This document shows, in pieces, positions 35,080-44,466 of a DNA stretch of 64,000 nucleotides. The translations under genes were made by a program, and so were the position numbers. The stretch lies in NCBI GenBank assembly GCA_965227515.1, contig CBDDFZ010000001.1, positions 2,336,001-2,400,000 of the forward strand, read 5' to 3'. This DNA is from Alphaproteobacteria bacterium. Its GTDB lineage: Bacteria > Pseudomonadota > Alphaproteobacteria > CALKHQ01. Positions within the stretch are counted from its first letter, which is position 1; the number at the start of each line of letters is the position of its first letter. Under the pieces are notes generated by a model, which saw nothing but the letters and a program-made list of their open reading frames with translations, did not search any database and was not told where the DNA came from.

Positions 35080-35469
35080 ATGGCGGACAATGTCGGTATC
35101 GTCATCGTCTCCCACTCCGCCAAGGTGGCGGAAGGCACGGCGGACATGGCGCGCCAGATGGTGGGGGACGAGGTGGCGTGCCACTGGTGCGGGGGCGACC
35201 CGTCGGGCGGGCTCGGCACCGATGTGGCGGTGATCAAAGAAACCATAGACGCCGCATGGAGCGATGCCGGGGTCGCCGTGTTCGTCGACCTGGGCGGGGC
35301 GGAGATGAACGCCGAGATGGCGATCCAGATGTTCGACGACGACAAGCAGGGCAAGATCGCGATCTGTCATGCACCGCTGGTGGAGGGGGCGGTCATCGGC
35401 GCCACCGAGGCATCGGGCGGCAGCACGCTGGACGAGGTGCGCCAGGCAGCCGAGGAGTACGAGTCATGA
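35080..35469 (+). CDS. dhaM: PTS-dependent dihydroxyacetone kinase phosphotransferase subunit (EIIA-Man-like)
   Basis: GIVIVSHS, LGTD, VDLGGAEMN, APLVEGAV. Confidence 0.85.
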   Translation: MADNVGIVIVSHSAKVAEGTADMARQMVGDEVACHWCGGDPSGGLGTDVAVIKETIDAAWSDAGVAVFVDLGGAEMNAEMAIQMFDDDKQGKIAICHAPLVEGAVIGATEASGGSTLDEVRQAAEEYES

Positions 35470-35762
35470 GCGATGCAGCCACGGCGCAGACGGAAGTTGA
35501 GATCACCCACCATGTCGGCCTGCATGCCCGCCCTGCGGTCGCGTTCACCAAGCTCGCCAAGAAGTACGAGAGTGCGATCCGGCTGCGCGCGGTCGGCGCC
35601 GATGCCTGGACCGACGCCAAGAGCATCGCCAAGGTGATGGCGCTGAAGCTGCGCACCGGCACGGTGATGGAACTGGAAGCCGACGGCGCGGACGCCGAGG
35701 ACGCGGTCGCCGCGCTCGCCGATCTGGTGCGACGTGACTTCGATGAGGCCCAATCCGGATGA
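35466..35762 (+). CDS. HPr phosphocarrier protein
   Basis: GLHARPA, DAKSI. Confidence 0.92.
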   Translation: MSDAATAQTEVEITHHVGLHARPAVAFTKLAKKYESAIRLRAVGADAWTDAKSIAKVMALKLRTGTVMELEADGADAEDAVAALADLVRRDFDEAQSG

Positions 35763-35774
35763 AGGCTGACGCCG

Positions 35775-37427
35775 ATGAGCGGTGAGGCGGGCATGCGGCT
35801 CGCCGGCATCGTCGCCTCGCCGGGGCTGGCCACCGGGCCCGCCGTGCTGCTCGATATCGCGCCGTCCGCCGCCGCCGAAGCCTGGGTGTCCGGCACGCCG
35901 GAGGAGGAGGCAAAGGCGCTGACCGACGCCATCGCGGCGGCCCAGGCCGACCTTGCCACGCTGCTCGAAGCCATGGACGAGGACGGTGCCGAGATCCTGG
36001 ACTTCCAGGTCGAGATGCTGGGCGATCCGTCGCTGAGCGAGGACGCGCTCGCCGCCATTGGCGCGGGTACCGACGCGCTGACCGCCTGGCGCGACGCGAT
36101 GGCGCCGCAGATCGCCGTGTTCGCCGAGGAGGAAGACGACTATTTCCGCGCCCGCGAGGCCGACATGGTCGACATGCGCGACCGGGTCGTGCGGCACTTG
36201 CTGGGCATCGCCGAGTTTACCGGCGAATTGCCGGCCGGCTCGATCGTCGTCGCCCATGATCTCACGCCTTCGACCTTCCTGCGCCACGACTGGGCGCGGC
36301 TGGGAGGGGTCGCTCTTGCGGAGGGCAGTGCCGCCGCCCACGTCGCCATGCTGGCACGGGCGCGTGACCTGGCGATGGTGGTGGGGCTGGGCGAGGGGCT
36401 GTTCGGCCTCAAGTCGGGCGACACGATCCTGCTCGACGCGGAGGAGGGTGCCTGCGTCATCGCCCCGGGCGGGGCCGACCTGACGGCCTTCCAGGATCGC
36501 ATGGCTGCCCGCGAGACGGCGGAGGCGACGGCGCGCGAGCGCATGTCCGAGCCCGCCGTCACGGCCGATGGCCATGCGGTTGCAGTGATGATCAATGTCG
36601 ACGACCCGGCGGAAGTGCCCGCCGATGCGCTGGACCACGCCGACGGTATCGGCCTGTTCCGCACCGAGTTCCTGTTCATCGGCAAACCGTCGCTGCCCGA
36701 CGAGGACACGCAGTATCATTGCTACGTCGACCTGCTGCGCCGTCTGGGCGGCCGGCCGCTGGTGGTTCGCACGGTCGATATCGGCGGCGACAAGCCGCTG
36801 CCGTCGCTGAAGATCCCGCCGGAGACCAATCCGTTCCTGGGCCTGCGCGGGCTCAGGCTCTGCCTCGCCGAGCCGGACCTGTTCCGCCCGCAGGTGCGCG
36901 CCCTGCTGCGCGCCGCCGTCGCCGGGCCGTGCAAGGTGATGCTGCCGATGGTGACAGTGCCGGACGAGGTCGATGCCGCGCGCGACATCTTCCGTGCCGA
37001 GCGGGCGGCGCTGTCGTCGGAAGGCGTTGCCGCGGAGATGCCGCAGCTTGGCATGATGGTGGAGGTGCCGGCCGCGGCCTTGACCCCGGAGCGGTTCGAC
37101 GTCGACTTCTACTCCATTGGCAGCAACGACCTGACCCAGTACGTGATGGCGGCCTCCCGCGATGCCTCTGGCCCGGTCGCGCGCCTGCTCGATGCCGGCG
37201 ACCCGGCAGTCCTCAAGCTCATCGCCAATGTGGTCGAGGCCGGGCGCACGCTTGGCCGAGACGTCTCGCTGTGCGGGGATGCCGGCAGCGACACCCGGCT
37301 GGTCGCGGCCCTGCTCGGCTGCGGCCTGCGCACGCTGTCGGTCGCGCCGGGCGCGCTGGCGCGGGTGAAGGCGGCTGTAGCAGAAATTAACCTGGCGGAA
37401 GGTGGGGGCGAGGCGGTTCCGTCGTGA
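35775..37427 (+). CDS. PEP-protein phosphotransferase (enzyme I)
   Basis: AHVAMLAR (phospho-His), GLFRTEF, DIGGDK, NPFLGLRG, SIGSNDLTQY, CGD. Confidence 0.93.
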   Translation: MSGEAGMRLAGIVASPGLATGPAVLLDIAPSAAAEAWVSGTPEEEAKALTDAIAAAQADLATLLEAMDEDGAEILDFQVEMLGDPSLSEDALAAIGAGTDALTAWRDAMAPQIAVFAEEEDDYFRAREADMVDMRDRVVRHLLGIAEFTGELPAGSIVVAHDLTPSTFLRHDWARLGGVALAEGSAAAHVAMLARARDLAMVVGLGEGLFGLKSGDTILLDAEEGACVIAPGGADLTAFQDRMAARETAEATARERMSEPAVTADGHAVAVMINVDDPAEVPADALDHADGIGLFRTEFLFIGKPSLPDEDTQYHCYVDLLRRLGGRPLVVRTVDIGGDKPLPSLKIPPETNPFLGLRGLRLCLAEPDLFRPQVRALLRAAVAGPCKVMLPMVTVPDEVDAARDIFRAERAALSSEGVAAEMPQLGMMVEVPAAALTPERFDVDFYSIGSNDLTQYVMAASRDASGPVARLLDAGDPAVLKLIANVVEAGRTLGRDVSLCGDAGSDTRLVAALLGCGLRTLSVAPGALARVKAAVAEINLAEGGGEAVPS

Positions 37428-37996
37428 CCGCCGTCTGGTTCGTCACCCACCCCGAGGTGGTCGTCGATCCGGATCGCCCGGTGCCGCGCTGGCAGCTTTC
37501 CGACACGGGCATTGCCCGCATGCGCGCGTTCGCCGCGCGGGAGGACGTGCGGGCTGTCGGGACGGTGTGGGCGAGCACCGAGACCAAGGCGATCGAGGCC
37601 GCCGGGCTGCTGGCGGGCGCGTTGCGCCTGCCGGTTTCCGTCCATCCCGGCCTGGACGAGAACGACCGCAGCGCCACCGGCTTCGTGCCGCCGGCCGAGT
37701 TCGAACGGCTGGCCGATGCGTTCTTCGCCGAGCCCGACACCAGCGTGCAAGGGTGGGAACGCGCGGTGGACGCGCAACGTCGCGTGGTTGCGGCCTTCGA
37801 CCAGGTCGTCGCGCCCGGCAGCTCCGGCGACATCGCCATCGTCGGCCACGGCGGGGTTGGAACCCTGTTGCTCTGCCACCTCGCCGGCCTGCCGATCGCG
37901 CGTGAGCATGACCAGCCGTCCCAGGGCCATTTCTGGCGCTACGACACCGAGACCGGGCGGGTGCTGCATCGCTGGCGGCCTATCGCGCCAAGTTAG
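37424..37996 (+). CDS. histidine phosphatase family protein
   Basis: VTHPEV (RHG-variant), STETKA, ENDRS, VGHGG; overlaps the EI stop. Confidence 0.8.
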   Translation: MTAVWFVTHPEVVVDPDRPVPRWQLSDTGIARMRAFAAREDVRAVGTVWASTETKAIEAAGLLAGALRLPVSVHPGLDENDRSATGFVPPAEFERLADAFFAEPDTSVQGWERAVDAQRRVVAAFDQVVAPGSSGDIAIVGHGGVGTLLLCHLAGLPIAREHDQPSQGHFWRYDTETGRVLHRWRPIAPS

Positions 37997-38014
37997 GTCT
38001 CACAAATCCAGAGT

Positions 38015-38104
38015 CTATTTCGGTGACAGTTTACTAAATGCAGCCTGACACCCGACTGTTTTCCACCACGTCACATCGTATTTAGTAAACTGTCACCGAA
38101 ATAG
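38015..38104. repeat. perfect 25-bp inverted repeat with 40-nt spacer (MITE/REP-like)
   Basis: CTATTTCGGTGACAGTTTACTAAAT ... ATTTAGTAAACTGTCACCGAAATAG. Confidence 0.9.
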
Positions 38105-38320
38105 TCTGTCATTGCCTCAGTTGCTTCGTTGCTTTGCGCCTGGCGACGACGGTCGTTTCGTTGGCTGCCGGCGTTGTCAGCGAAATACATCGTGCGCAAA
38201 ATTATATAAAATTATCCAGAAATTGAATAAAAACTTGAATAAAGACGTTTCATTTATTTGTAATATGTAAATATCCTGCGTGTCTAATCTGGATATTATT
38301 CGACGCGAAGGAGATGCGTG

Positions 38321-38497
38321 ATGTTTCCAGGTAAGGAAAGCGACGACAGGCAGCCGGCATGCTTGCGCACGATGGCGGCCAAGCTGGTCGATGACATGGG
38401 TGTCGACGCGGCGCTGCGCATGTGCCAGGCCAATCTTTGGTATGGCATCATCGCGGAGATCGAGGCGATGGGTGGCCGCGACCGGCTCGCGGCATAG
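38321..38497 (+). CDS. 58-aa hypothetical protein not in the ORF track
   Basis: AAGGAG RBS; MFPGKESDDRQPACLRTMAAKLVDDMGVDAALRMCQANLWYGIIAEIEAMGGRDRLAA; AT-rich upstream region. Confidence 0.65.
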   Translation: MFPGKESDDRQPACLRTMAAKLVDDMGVDAALRMCQANLWYGIIAEIEAMGGRDRLAA

Positions 38498-38515
38498 GAC
38501 TGCCGGGCGAGGGCG

Positions 38516-38869
38516 CTAGCCTTCGCCGAGGTACATCACGCTCAGCACCTCGCCGGCGATGTCGGTGTCGCACTGCCATGGCTCGGCAGCACCTTCCAGG
38601 CTGAGCGTCACCCGCCAGCCGGTCGGGATGCTGGTCGTACCCACATCGCTCACGCTTTCCAGCGGCACGTTTGCCTCGGCCGCCAGCGCATCGGCGCATC
38701 GATCCTCGGTACCCTGGGGCGATGCCTCATAGGCGGACAGCACGGTGACGTCCTGCAACCCGGTCTGTGCGGGTTGTTCCTCCGCCACGGAGCCGGGCTC
38801 GGATGACGCGCATCCGGCCGCCAAGGCGACAGAAATGACCGTACCGATAAGGGTCAGGGGCTTGTGCAT
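38516..38869 (-). CDS. hypothetical lipoprotein
   Basis: Signal peptide with AAGC lipobox; Cys pair (DRC...WQC). Confidence 0.72.
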   Translation of the reverse strand: MHKPLTLIGTVISVALAAGCASSEPGSVAEEQPAQTGLQDVTVLSAYEASPQGTEDRCADALAAEANVPLESVSDVGTTSIPTGWRVTLSLEGAAEPWQCDTDIAGEVLSVMYLGEG

Positions 38870-39213
38870 GCTGCGGCGCTCCAGTTTGCGCTTGCCGGCC
38901 TGATGTAGCCTTTCGCAAAAGATACACCGGCGGCATCCGGCCGAGCCGAACGCAAAGCCAAGGTTGGCCCCCCAACGTGTGAATGAATACGGCCTGCGGT
39001 TGCAGGCGGTCAAGTTGCAAGGAGGCATTCGGGCAAGGCTCGCAAGCTCGGTTCTTGGCCCGGTTGACCGGAAATCGCGGCAGCGGTGATCTGGTTCACA
39101 GGTGCAGGCCTCAAGCGCTCCCAAATCCAACTCATCGGCAGGGCAAACAGCCCGCAGCCACTTGGATCACCCCCTGGGGACATCTTCTTGGGGGGAAAAC
39201 GGGAGCAACCATC

Positions 39214-39543
39214 ATGTTCAAGACCATCCGGAATACCGCAGTCGCCACCATCGCCGCCGCCGGCGTGCTGGCCGCCGCCACCGCCGCCCAGGCCGCGTCG
39301 AACCTGTCCCTGGAAAACGCCAGCGGCATGGACATCCACTACGTTTACATCTCGCCGGACTATGCCGCCGACTGGGGCACCGACGTGCTGGGCAACGACA
39401 TCCTGCCGGCCGGCGGCGTCTATGAGCTGAGCTCCAACGGCGACCACTGCATCTACGACGTGCTGGTCGTCTGGGCCGACGGCTACGAGATGGACGGCTA
39501 CGGCTTCGACTTCTGCGCCAACGACACCCTCGTGATCGAGTAA
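39214..39543 (+). CDS. small exported beta-sandwich-like protein
   Basis: Signal peptide ending AQA; LENASG.DI..VYISP...DWG.DVLG..IL...C.YD pattern; GGAG RBS. Confidence 0.8.
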   Translation: MFKTIRNTAVATIAAAGVLAAATAAQAASNLSLENASGMDIHYVYISPDYAADWGTDVLGNDILPAGGVYELSSNGDHCIYDVLVVWADGYEMDGYGFDFCANDTLVIE

Positions 39544-39601
39544 TGCGCTAGCGCAAGACACCAATATGACCGGGTGACCAACGCCGCAATCGCCCGGGCA
39601 T

Positions 39602-39633
39602 AAGCCCTCCCCCACGCACGCGGGGGAGGGCTT
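39602..39633 (+). terminator. probable intrinsic terminator
   Basis: AAGCCCTCCCCC-acgcacgc-GGGGGAGGGCTT, weak U tail. Confidence 0.6.
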
Positions 39634-39696
39634 CTCGCGTTTGGAACGCGTTGGTAAGCTCAGCAGCCAACACTCCTAGGGCGGGTCAACGATGCA

Positions 39697-40431
39697 ATGA
39701 CCGAGAATTCCAACGACGGTCGGCCGTTGGGCGAACGGAACTATCGGGACTTCGCCGACCGCTATGCCGAGGCGATCCCGACCAAGCCGCACAACGCCTA
39801 CTATGAGCGGCCGGCGACGCTGTCGCTGCTGCCCGACTTGGCCGGCAAGGACGTGCTGGACCTTGGCTGCGGTCCCGGCATCTATGCGGAAATCTTCGCC
39901 GATGCCGGCGCCCGGGTGACGGCGGTCGACGTGACCCCGCGCATGCTCGAAATCGCCAAGAAACGCCTGAAGGGCCGCGCCGTCGCGTTCCGCCTCGCCG
40001 ACCTGGCCGAGCCGCTGCCGTTCCCGGACGCCGGGTTCGATGTGGCGGTGGCCCCCCTGGTGCTGGACTACCTGGAGGACTGGTATGCGATCTTTCGCGA
40101 GATCGCGCGGGTGCTGCGGCCGGGCGGCACCTTCGTCTACTCAGCGGGGCACCCGATGTTCGACTGGAATCTCGTCGGCGGCGACAGCTACTTCACGCCA
40201 GCGACGTTCTCGTGGCCATGGGGCGGGTATGGCGAGCCCAAGCCGGTGATCACCGGCTGGCGCCGGTCGCTGCAGGACATGATCAATCCCATCGCCGCGG
40301 CGGGCCTTGTCCTGGACCGCCTGCTGGAGCCGCTACCGACCGAGGATTTCGCCAAGGCCGATCCCGAGGACCACGCCAAGCTGATGAAGGCGCCTGCCTT
40401 CCTGTGCGTGCGGGCGCGCAAGCCGGCCTGA
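39697..40431 (+). CDS. class I SAM-dependent methyltransferase
   Basis: NAYYERPA, LDLGCGPG, LRPGG. Confidence 0.9.
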   Translation: MTENSNDGRPLGERNYRDFADRYAEAIPTKPHNAYYERPATLSLLPDLAGKDVLDLGCGPGIYAEIFADAGARVTAVDVTPRMLEIAKKRLKGRAVAFRLADLAEPLPFPDAGFDVAVAPLVLDYLEDWYAIFREIARVLRPGGTFVYSAGHPMFDWNLVGGDSYFTPATFSWPWGGYGEPKPVITGWRRSLQDMINPIAAAGLVLDRLLEPLPTEDFAKADPEDHAKLMKAPAFLCVRARKPA

Positions 40432-40451
40432 ATCAGAACAGGAGACCCGCG

Positions 40452-41414
40452 ATGGATCGTGCGACCGTCACCGCCGCAGTCGTCCAGGCCGCGCCAGTTG
40501 TGTTCGACCGTGCGCGTACGCTCGACAAGCTCGCCGATCTGGCGGCCGACGCGGCGCGACAGGGCGCCGGTCTCGCGCTGTTTCCCGAGGCGTTCGTCTC
40601 CGCCTATCCGAACGGGCTGGACTTCGGCGCCCGCATCGGTTCGCGCACGCCGGAGGGGCGGGAGGATTTCCGCCGCTACCATGAGAGCGCGGTCGACATT
40701 CCGGGCCCGGCGCTCGACCGCATTTGCGATGCGGCGGCCAAGAACGCGATCCACCTGGTCGTCGGCGTCATCGAGCGCGATGGCGGCACGCTCTATTGCA
40801 CGGTGGTGTTCGCCGGCCCGGACGGGCGCTATCTCGGCAAGCACCGCAAGCTGATGCCGACGGCCCTGGAGCGCCTGGTGTGGGGGTTCGGCGACGGCTC
40901 GACATTGACGGCCGTGGACACGCCGCTGGGCCGGGTGGGATCGGTGATCTGCTGGGAAAACTACATGCCGCTGCTGCGCATGGCGATGTACGCCAAGGGC
41001 GTGCAGATCTATTGCGCGCCGACGGCGGACTCGCGCGACACCTGGCTGCCGACCATGCGCCACATCGCAGTGGAGGGGCGGTGCTTCGTGCTGTCGTGCT
41101 GCCAGTACCTGACCCGCGCCGACTGCCCCGACGACTATCGCGCTGACGTTTCCGGCCCGGACGCGGTGCTGATGCGCGGCGGCAGCACCATCATCTCGCC
41201 GTTCGGCGACGTGCTGGCCGAACCGTCATTCAGCGGCGAGACGATCATGACCGCGGAGCTGGACATGGCGCAGATCGCGCGTGGCAAGTACGACCTGGAC
41301 GTGGTCGGTCACTATGCCCGGCCCGATGTGTTCCGCCTGCACGTCAACGAGCGTCCGATGCCGCCGGTGGCGACCAGCAGTGGCGCGCCCGCCGATCCGT
41401 TCACCGATACATAG
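40452..41414 (+). CDS. nitrilase (carbon-nitrogen hydrolase)
   Basis: Catalytic triad in FPEAF, HRKLMPT, ICWENYMP; GHYARPDVF. Confidence 0.92.
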   Translation: MDRATVTAAVVQAAPVVFDRARTLDKLADLAADAARQGAGLALFPEAFVSAYPNGLDFGARIGSRTPEGREDFRRYHESAVDIPGPALDRICDAAAKNAIHLVVGVIERDGGTLYCTVVFAGPDGRYLGKHRKLMPTALERLVWGFGDGSTLTAVDTPLGRVGSVICWENYMPLLRMAMYAKGVQIYCAPTADSRDTWLPTMRHIAVEGRCFVLSCCQYLTRADCPDDYRADVSGPDAVLMRGGSTIISPFGDVLAEPSFSGETIMTAELDMAQIARGKYDLDVVGHYARPDVFRLHVNERPMPPVATSSGAPADPFTDT

Positions 41415-41601
41415 GACGCGCAAGAAGACCGGCCCAACTATTTCCAATTGCAATGAAACGCGTCTACCCCATGGCATCGAGCGTGGCTTTCAGCACGCTG
41501 GTCTTTATCGATGATACGCCTTTCCTCATCGTCATGGCTCTCAATCAAGAGATACCAACGGACACATCTGCTCGTGTCGGCCCAAGGACCTTTCGCCGCC
41601 G

Positions 41602-41970
41602 TCAGTCAACGAACGCCGAGATATGCCTTAGTTCAAGATTCAACCACACGATACCGTCACGAGGATTGTTGGTGTAATCAAGCGCCGCTGCAAATTGGCC
41701 GCGGCCATCTTCCAATAAGAGCGGCGGTGTTACATGCCATTCGCCCGGAAGGCGGCGGAGAAGATCGCTGAAGTAAGCGTCAATTTCGCTCGAGTTCGGA
41801 ATTTCATCTTGAAATACAATATCGTAGTGCCGCAGGTCTTCTGAAAAAGGCTCGCATACGGTGATTTCGGGCGTCAAGCGCAATGATGTCGTGAGTTGCT
41901 TCAATATCTGTAACGCCCGGTACGACTCCGTCGTATCCGCAATAAGGCGTCCGTTTAAGATATATGTCAT
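41602..41970 (-). CDS. hypothetical protein in low-GC islet
   Basis: MTYILNGRLIAD...; natural-looking composition, lower GC; start uncertain. Confidence 0.5.
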   Translation of the reverse strand: MTYILNGRLIADTTESYRALQILKQLTTSLRLTPEITVCEPFSEDLRHYDIVFQDEIPNSSEIDAYFSDLLRRLPGEWHVTPPLLLEDGRGQFAAALDYTNNPRDGIVWLNLELRHISAFVD

Positions 41971-42013
41971 GTCAAAGCAATTATTCTGTTCTGTTGCACA
42001 CGCCTGGAGAATC

Positions 42014-42547
42014 TTACCTCCAATCCCGTTGAAGATCATCAATGAGTCCGCCGTTCCACTCGCCCGCGACTTCGGGGTTTTCGCAGTAACCCCAAATGCC
42101 AGACCACCCCGTAATGTTTTGGTCAAATTGGAATATCACCCAGCCCCAATAAAGCGTATTGTGCTTTAACACCTCACATTCCACAGCGCTGGCATCCTCA
42201 TGCCAATAGCCATGCATCATGTACTGTTCAACTACTAGCTCCCCGCGTTGGTTATTAAAATATGTCACTGGTTGGGGACCCCAATTGATTTGGCCTTCCA
42301 AGTAGCCTGCATCGGGCGCTGCCAGAAAGTTTGAGTATGGCGGATACCGGCCAACACACCAGGCCATCCAATAGCCCTGAGCCCATCCATCACAGCGGAG
42401 TTCGATATCGCTGAAGCTGGAGCTGTAGAGTCCGTACTCCACCCGTTGCGCACTTGCCGGCAAATATAACCCCAACCATGCCACGCATGCCGGCAGAAAC
42501 ACCTTCGAGCATACCGAACCCGCAACAGTGAAGAATCTTGAAGTCAT
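42014..42547 (-). CDS. hypothetical exported Trp/Gly-rich beta protein in low-GC islet
   Basis: Signal-like N-terminus ending ASA-Q; GYW..., YWGWVIF.FD, GIWGYC, WNG. Confidence 0.65.
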   Translation of the reverse strand: MTSRFFTVAGSVCSKVFLPACVAWLGLYLPASAQRVEYGLYSSSFSDIELRCDGWAQGYWMAWCVGRYPPYSNFLAAPDAGYLEGQINWGPQPVTYFNNQRGELVVEQYMMHGYWHEDASAVECEVLKHNTLYWGWVIFQFDQNITGWSGIWGYCENPEVAGEWNGGLIDDLQRDWR

Positions 42548-42940
42548 AATAATCAGTTCCCCCCAGATAACCGACGATCAACAAGGATGGTCCCATCGCC
42601 TGAGCCGTTTGGCAAGCCGGCCCGCGCATGGCAACCGTGTGAGAGGCCACTCTCGGCGTCGATGGGTGTGGACCGGTCGGTCCAGCGATATGTCATTGGC
42701 TATTGGCAACGTTCCACCTCGGGTGCCCGCTCGCCCGCAATACATCCGAAAGACAATGCCATGGAGATGGCTCATCTCAACAATCTCAATGGCAAGAACC
42801 GAAATCCACCGCGTTCGGAATATCAACCTGTCTGGGGGATCAGGGTTAAACGCTTGGTGACAATGTTAGCCTAGGCTCCGACCTGCGATGGGGGTCGCAA
42901 GGGTACGAGAGTGCCCGCATCATAGGTTTGGGGACAATCC

Positions 42941-44347
42941 ATGACTGCGACGAACAGCGACCGCCAGGCCGATGGCGGGAAGTCGATGGACGACATTGCC
43001 GCCGGGGCGGGGCGTGTCGGCCTGGAACTGGTGGACATTGCCGGGTCGGTCGAAGACATCACCGCGGCCATGCAGGACAAGGCGACGGCGTTCGAGCAAT
43101 TGCTTGGGGCCGCGCACGTCATTTCCGACAGCAACCGGCAGATCCTGTCGGCGGCGAGCGAGGCCGGCGAGGCCGCCAGCAGTGCGTCGCGCGATGCGGC
43201 CACGTCGCAGCAGACCGTCTCCACCGCGCTGGACGACATCCACGCCCTGATCGAGGATGTCTCTGGCATGGAATCGCAGCTTGGCGGGCTGCAGGAAGCG
43301 TTGGGCAAGGTCGCGTCGGTTGCGGCGGGCATCTATGCCATCGCTGGCCAGACCAATCTGCTGGCGTTGAACGCGACCATCGAGGCGGCGCGGGCCGGCG
43401 AGGCGGGACGAGGCTTCGCGGTGGTCGCCAACGAGGTGAAGGCGCTGGCGGCCCAGACCGGCGACGCCACCAAGCAGATCGATGCGTCGCTGAAGCAGCT
43501 CACCGAGCAGGCCGACCGCCTGATCGCCCAGGGCGCCTCCAGCAACGAGCGTGCGCTGCGCGTGCGCGAAGGGACCAGCAGCCTTGGCGCGGTGGTGGAA
43601 GCCGCCGGTGCCGCGATGCAATCCATCGAACGCCAGAACCAGGGCATTGGCGACGCGGCCGAGGAAATCGACCGCCGGTCCGAGGAGTTCTTCGGCTCGC
43701 TCGAGGCGCTGACCACGGCGATCACCGGGTCCAGCTCGGCCCTGGGCGAGACCCGCGATCGGGTCAACCGGGTGATGGCGGAGAGCGAGGCCCTGGTGCG
43801 GCTGACCGCGGCCAGTGCCGACAACACGGTCGACCGCATCTTCATCGAGCGTGCGCAGGGGGCCGCCAACGAGATCGCGCGCCTGTTCCAGGATGCGGTT
43901 GCCAGCGGCGCGATTTCGCTCGCAGACCTGTTTACGCGCGACTACAAGCCGATTGCCGGCACCGACCCGCAGCAGGTGATGGCGCCGTTCACGTCATTAA
44001 CAGACCGCCTGCTGCCGCCGGTGCAGGAGCCGGTGCTGGCGTCGGACGAGCGCATCGTGTTTTGCGCGGCGGTCGACGACCGCGGTTATCTGCCGACCCA
44101 CAACGAGAAGTTCTCCAAGCCGCAGGGCGACGATCCGGTGTGGAACAACGCCAACTGCCGTAACCGGCGGGTCTTCGACGATCGCGTCGGCCTTGGGGCG
44201 GGCAAGAATAAGCAGCCGTTCCTGGTCCAGACCTACCGGCGCGACATGGGTGGCGGCAAGTTCGTGCTGATGAAGGACGTATCGGCGCCCATCGTCGTCG
44301 ATGGCCGCCATTGGGGCGGCCTGCGCATCGGCTACAAGACCAGCTAG
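42941..44347 (+). CDS. soluble methyl-accepting chemotaxis protein with C-terminal sensor domain
   Basis: [34 protein letters not shown]; no TM; C-terminal YLPTHN...TYRRDMG...GRHWGGLR. Confidence 0.93.
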   Translation: MTATNSDRQADGGKSMDDIAAGAGRVGLELVDIAGSVEDITAAMQDKATAFEQLLGAAHVISDSNRQILSAASEAGEAASSASRDAATSQQTVSTALDDIHALIEDVSGMESQLGGLQEALGKVASVAAGIYAIAGQTNLLALNATIEAARAGEAGRGFAVVANEVKALAAQTGDATKQIDASLKQLTEQADRLIAQGASSNERALRVREGTSSLGAVVEAAGAAMQSIERQNQGIGDAAEEIDRRSEEFFGSLEALTTAITGSSSALGETRDRVNRVMAESEALVRLTAASADNTVDRIFIERAQGAANEIARLFQDAVASGAISLADLFTRDYKPIAGTDPQQVMAPFTSLTDRLLPPVQEPVLASDERIVFCAAVDDRGYLPTHNEKFSKPQGDDPVWNNANCRNRRVFDDRVGLGAGKNKQPFLVQTYRRDMGGGKFVLMKDVSAPIVVDGRHWGGLRIGYKTS

Positions 44348-44466
44348 TTCCCGCTATGGCATGCGCTGGGCGCATGCCTGACCTGCGCGCTGTTCCGCGA
44401 CTGCGGGCGGCTAGGGCGCTATCATGCCGCGCCGCCCGCATGGCCGCCCACCGGAAAGCATCCTTC

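Noticed and set aside
38195-38300. AT-rich tract with TTATCCAGA as oriC
   Set aside because: Only one near-DnaA box and no origin-typical neighbours; better explained as a promoter.
39130-39200. GGCAAAC hairpin as c-di-GMP-I riboswitch
   Set aside because: Lacks the GNRA tetraloop/receptor and second stem.
42528-42874. Plus-strand ORFs of 95-110 aa in the low-GC islet
   Set aside because: No RBS or protein-like composition; probably non-coding or decayed.
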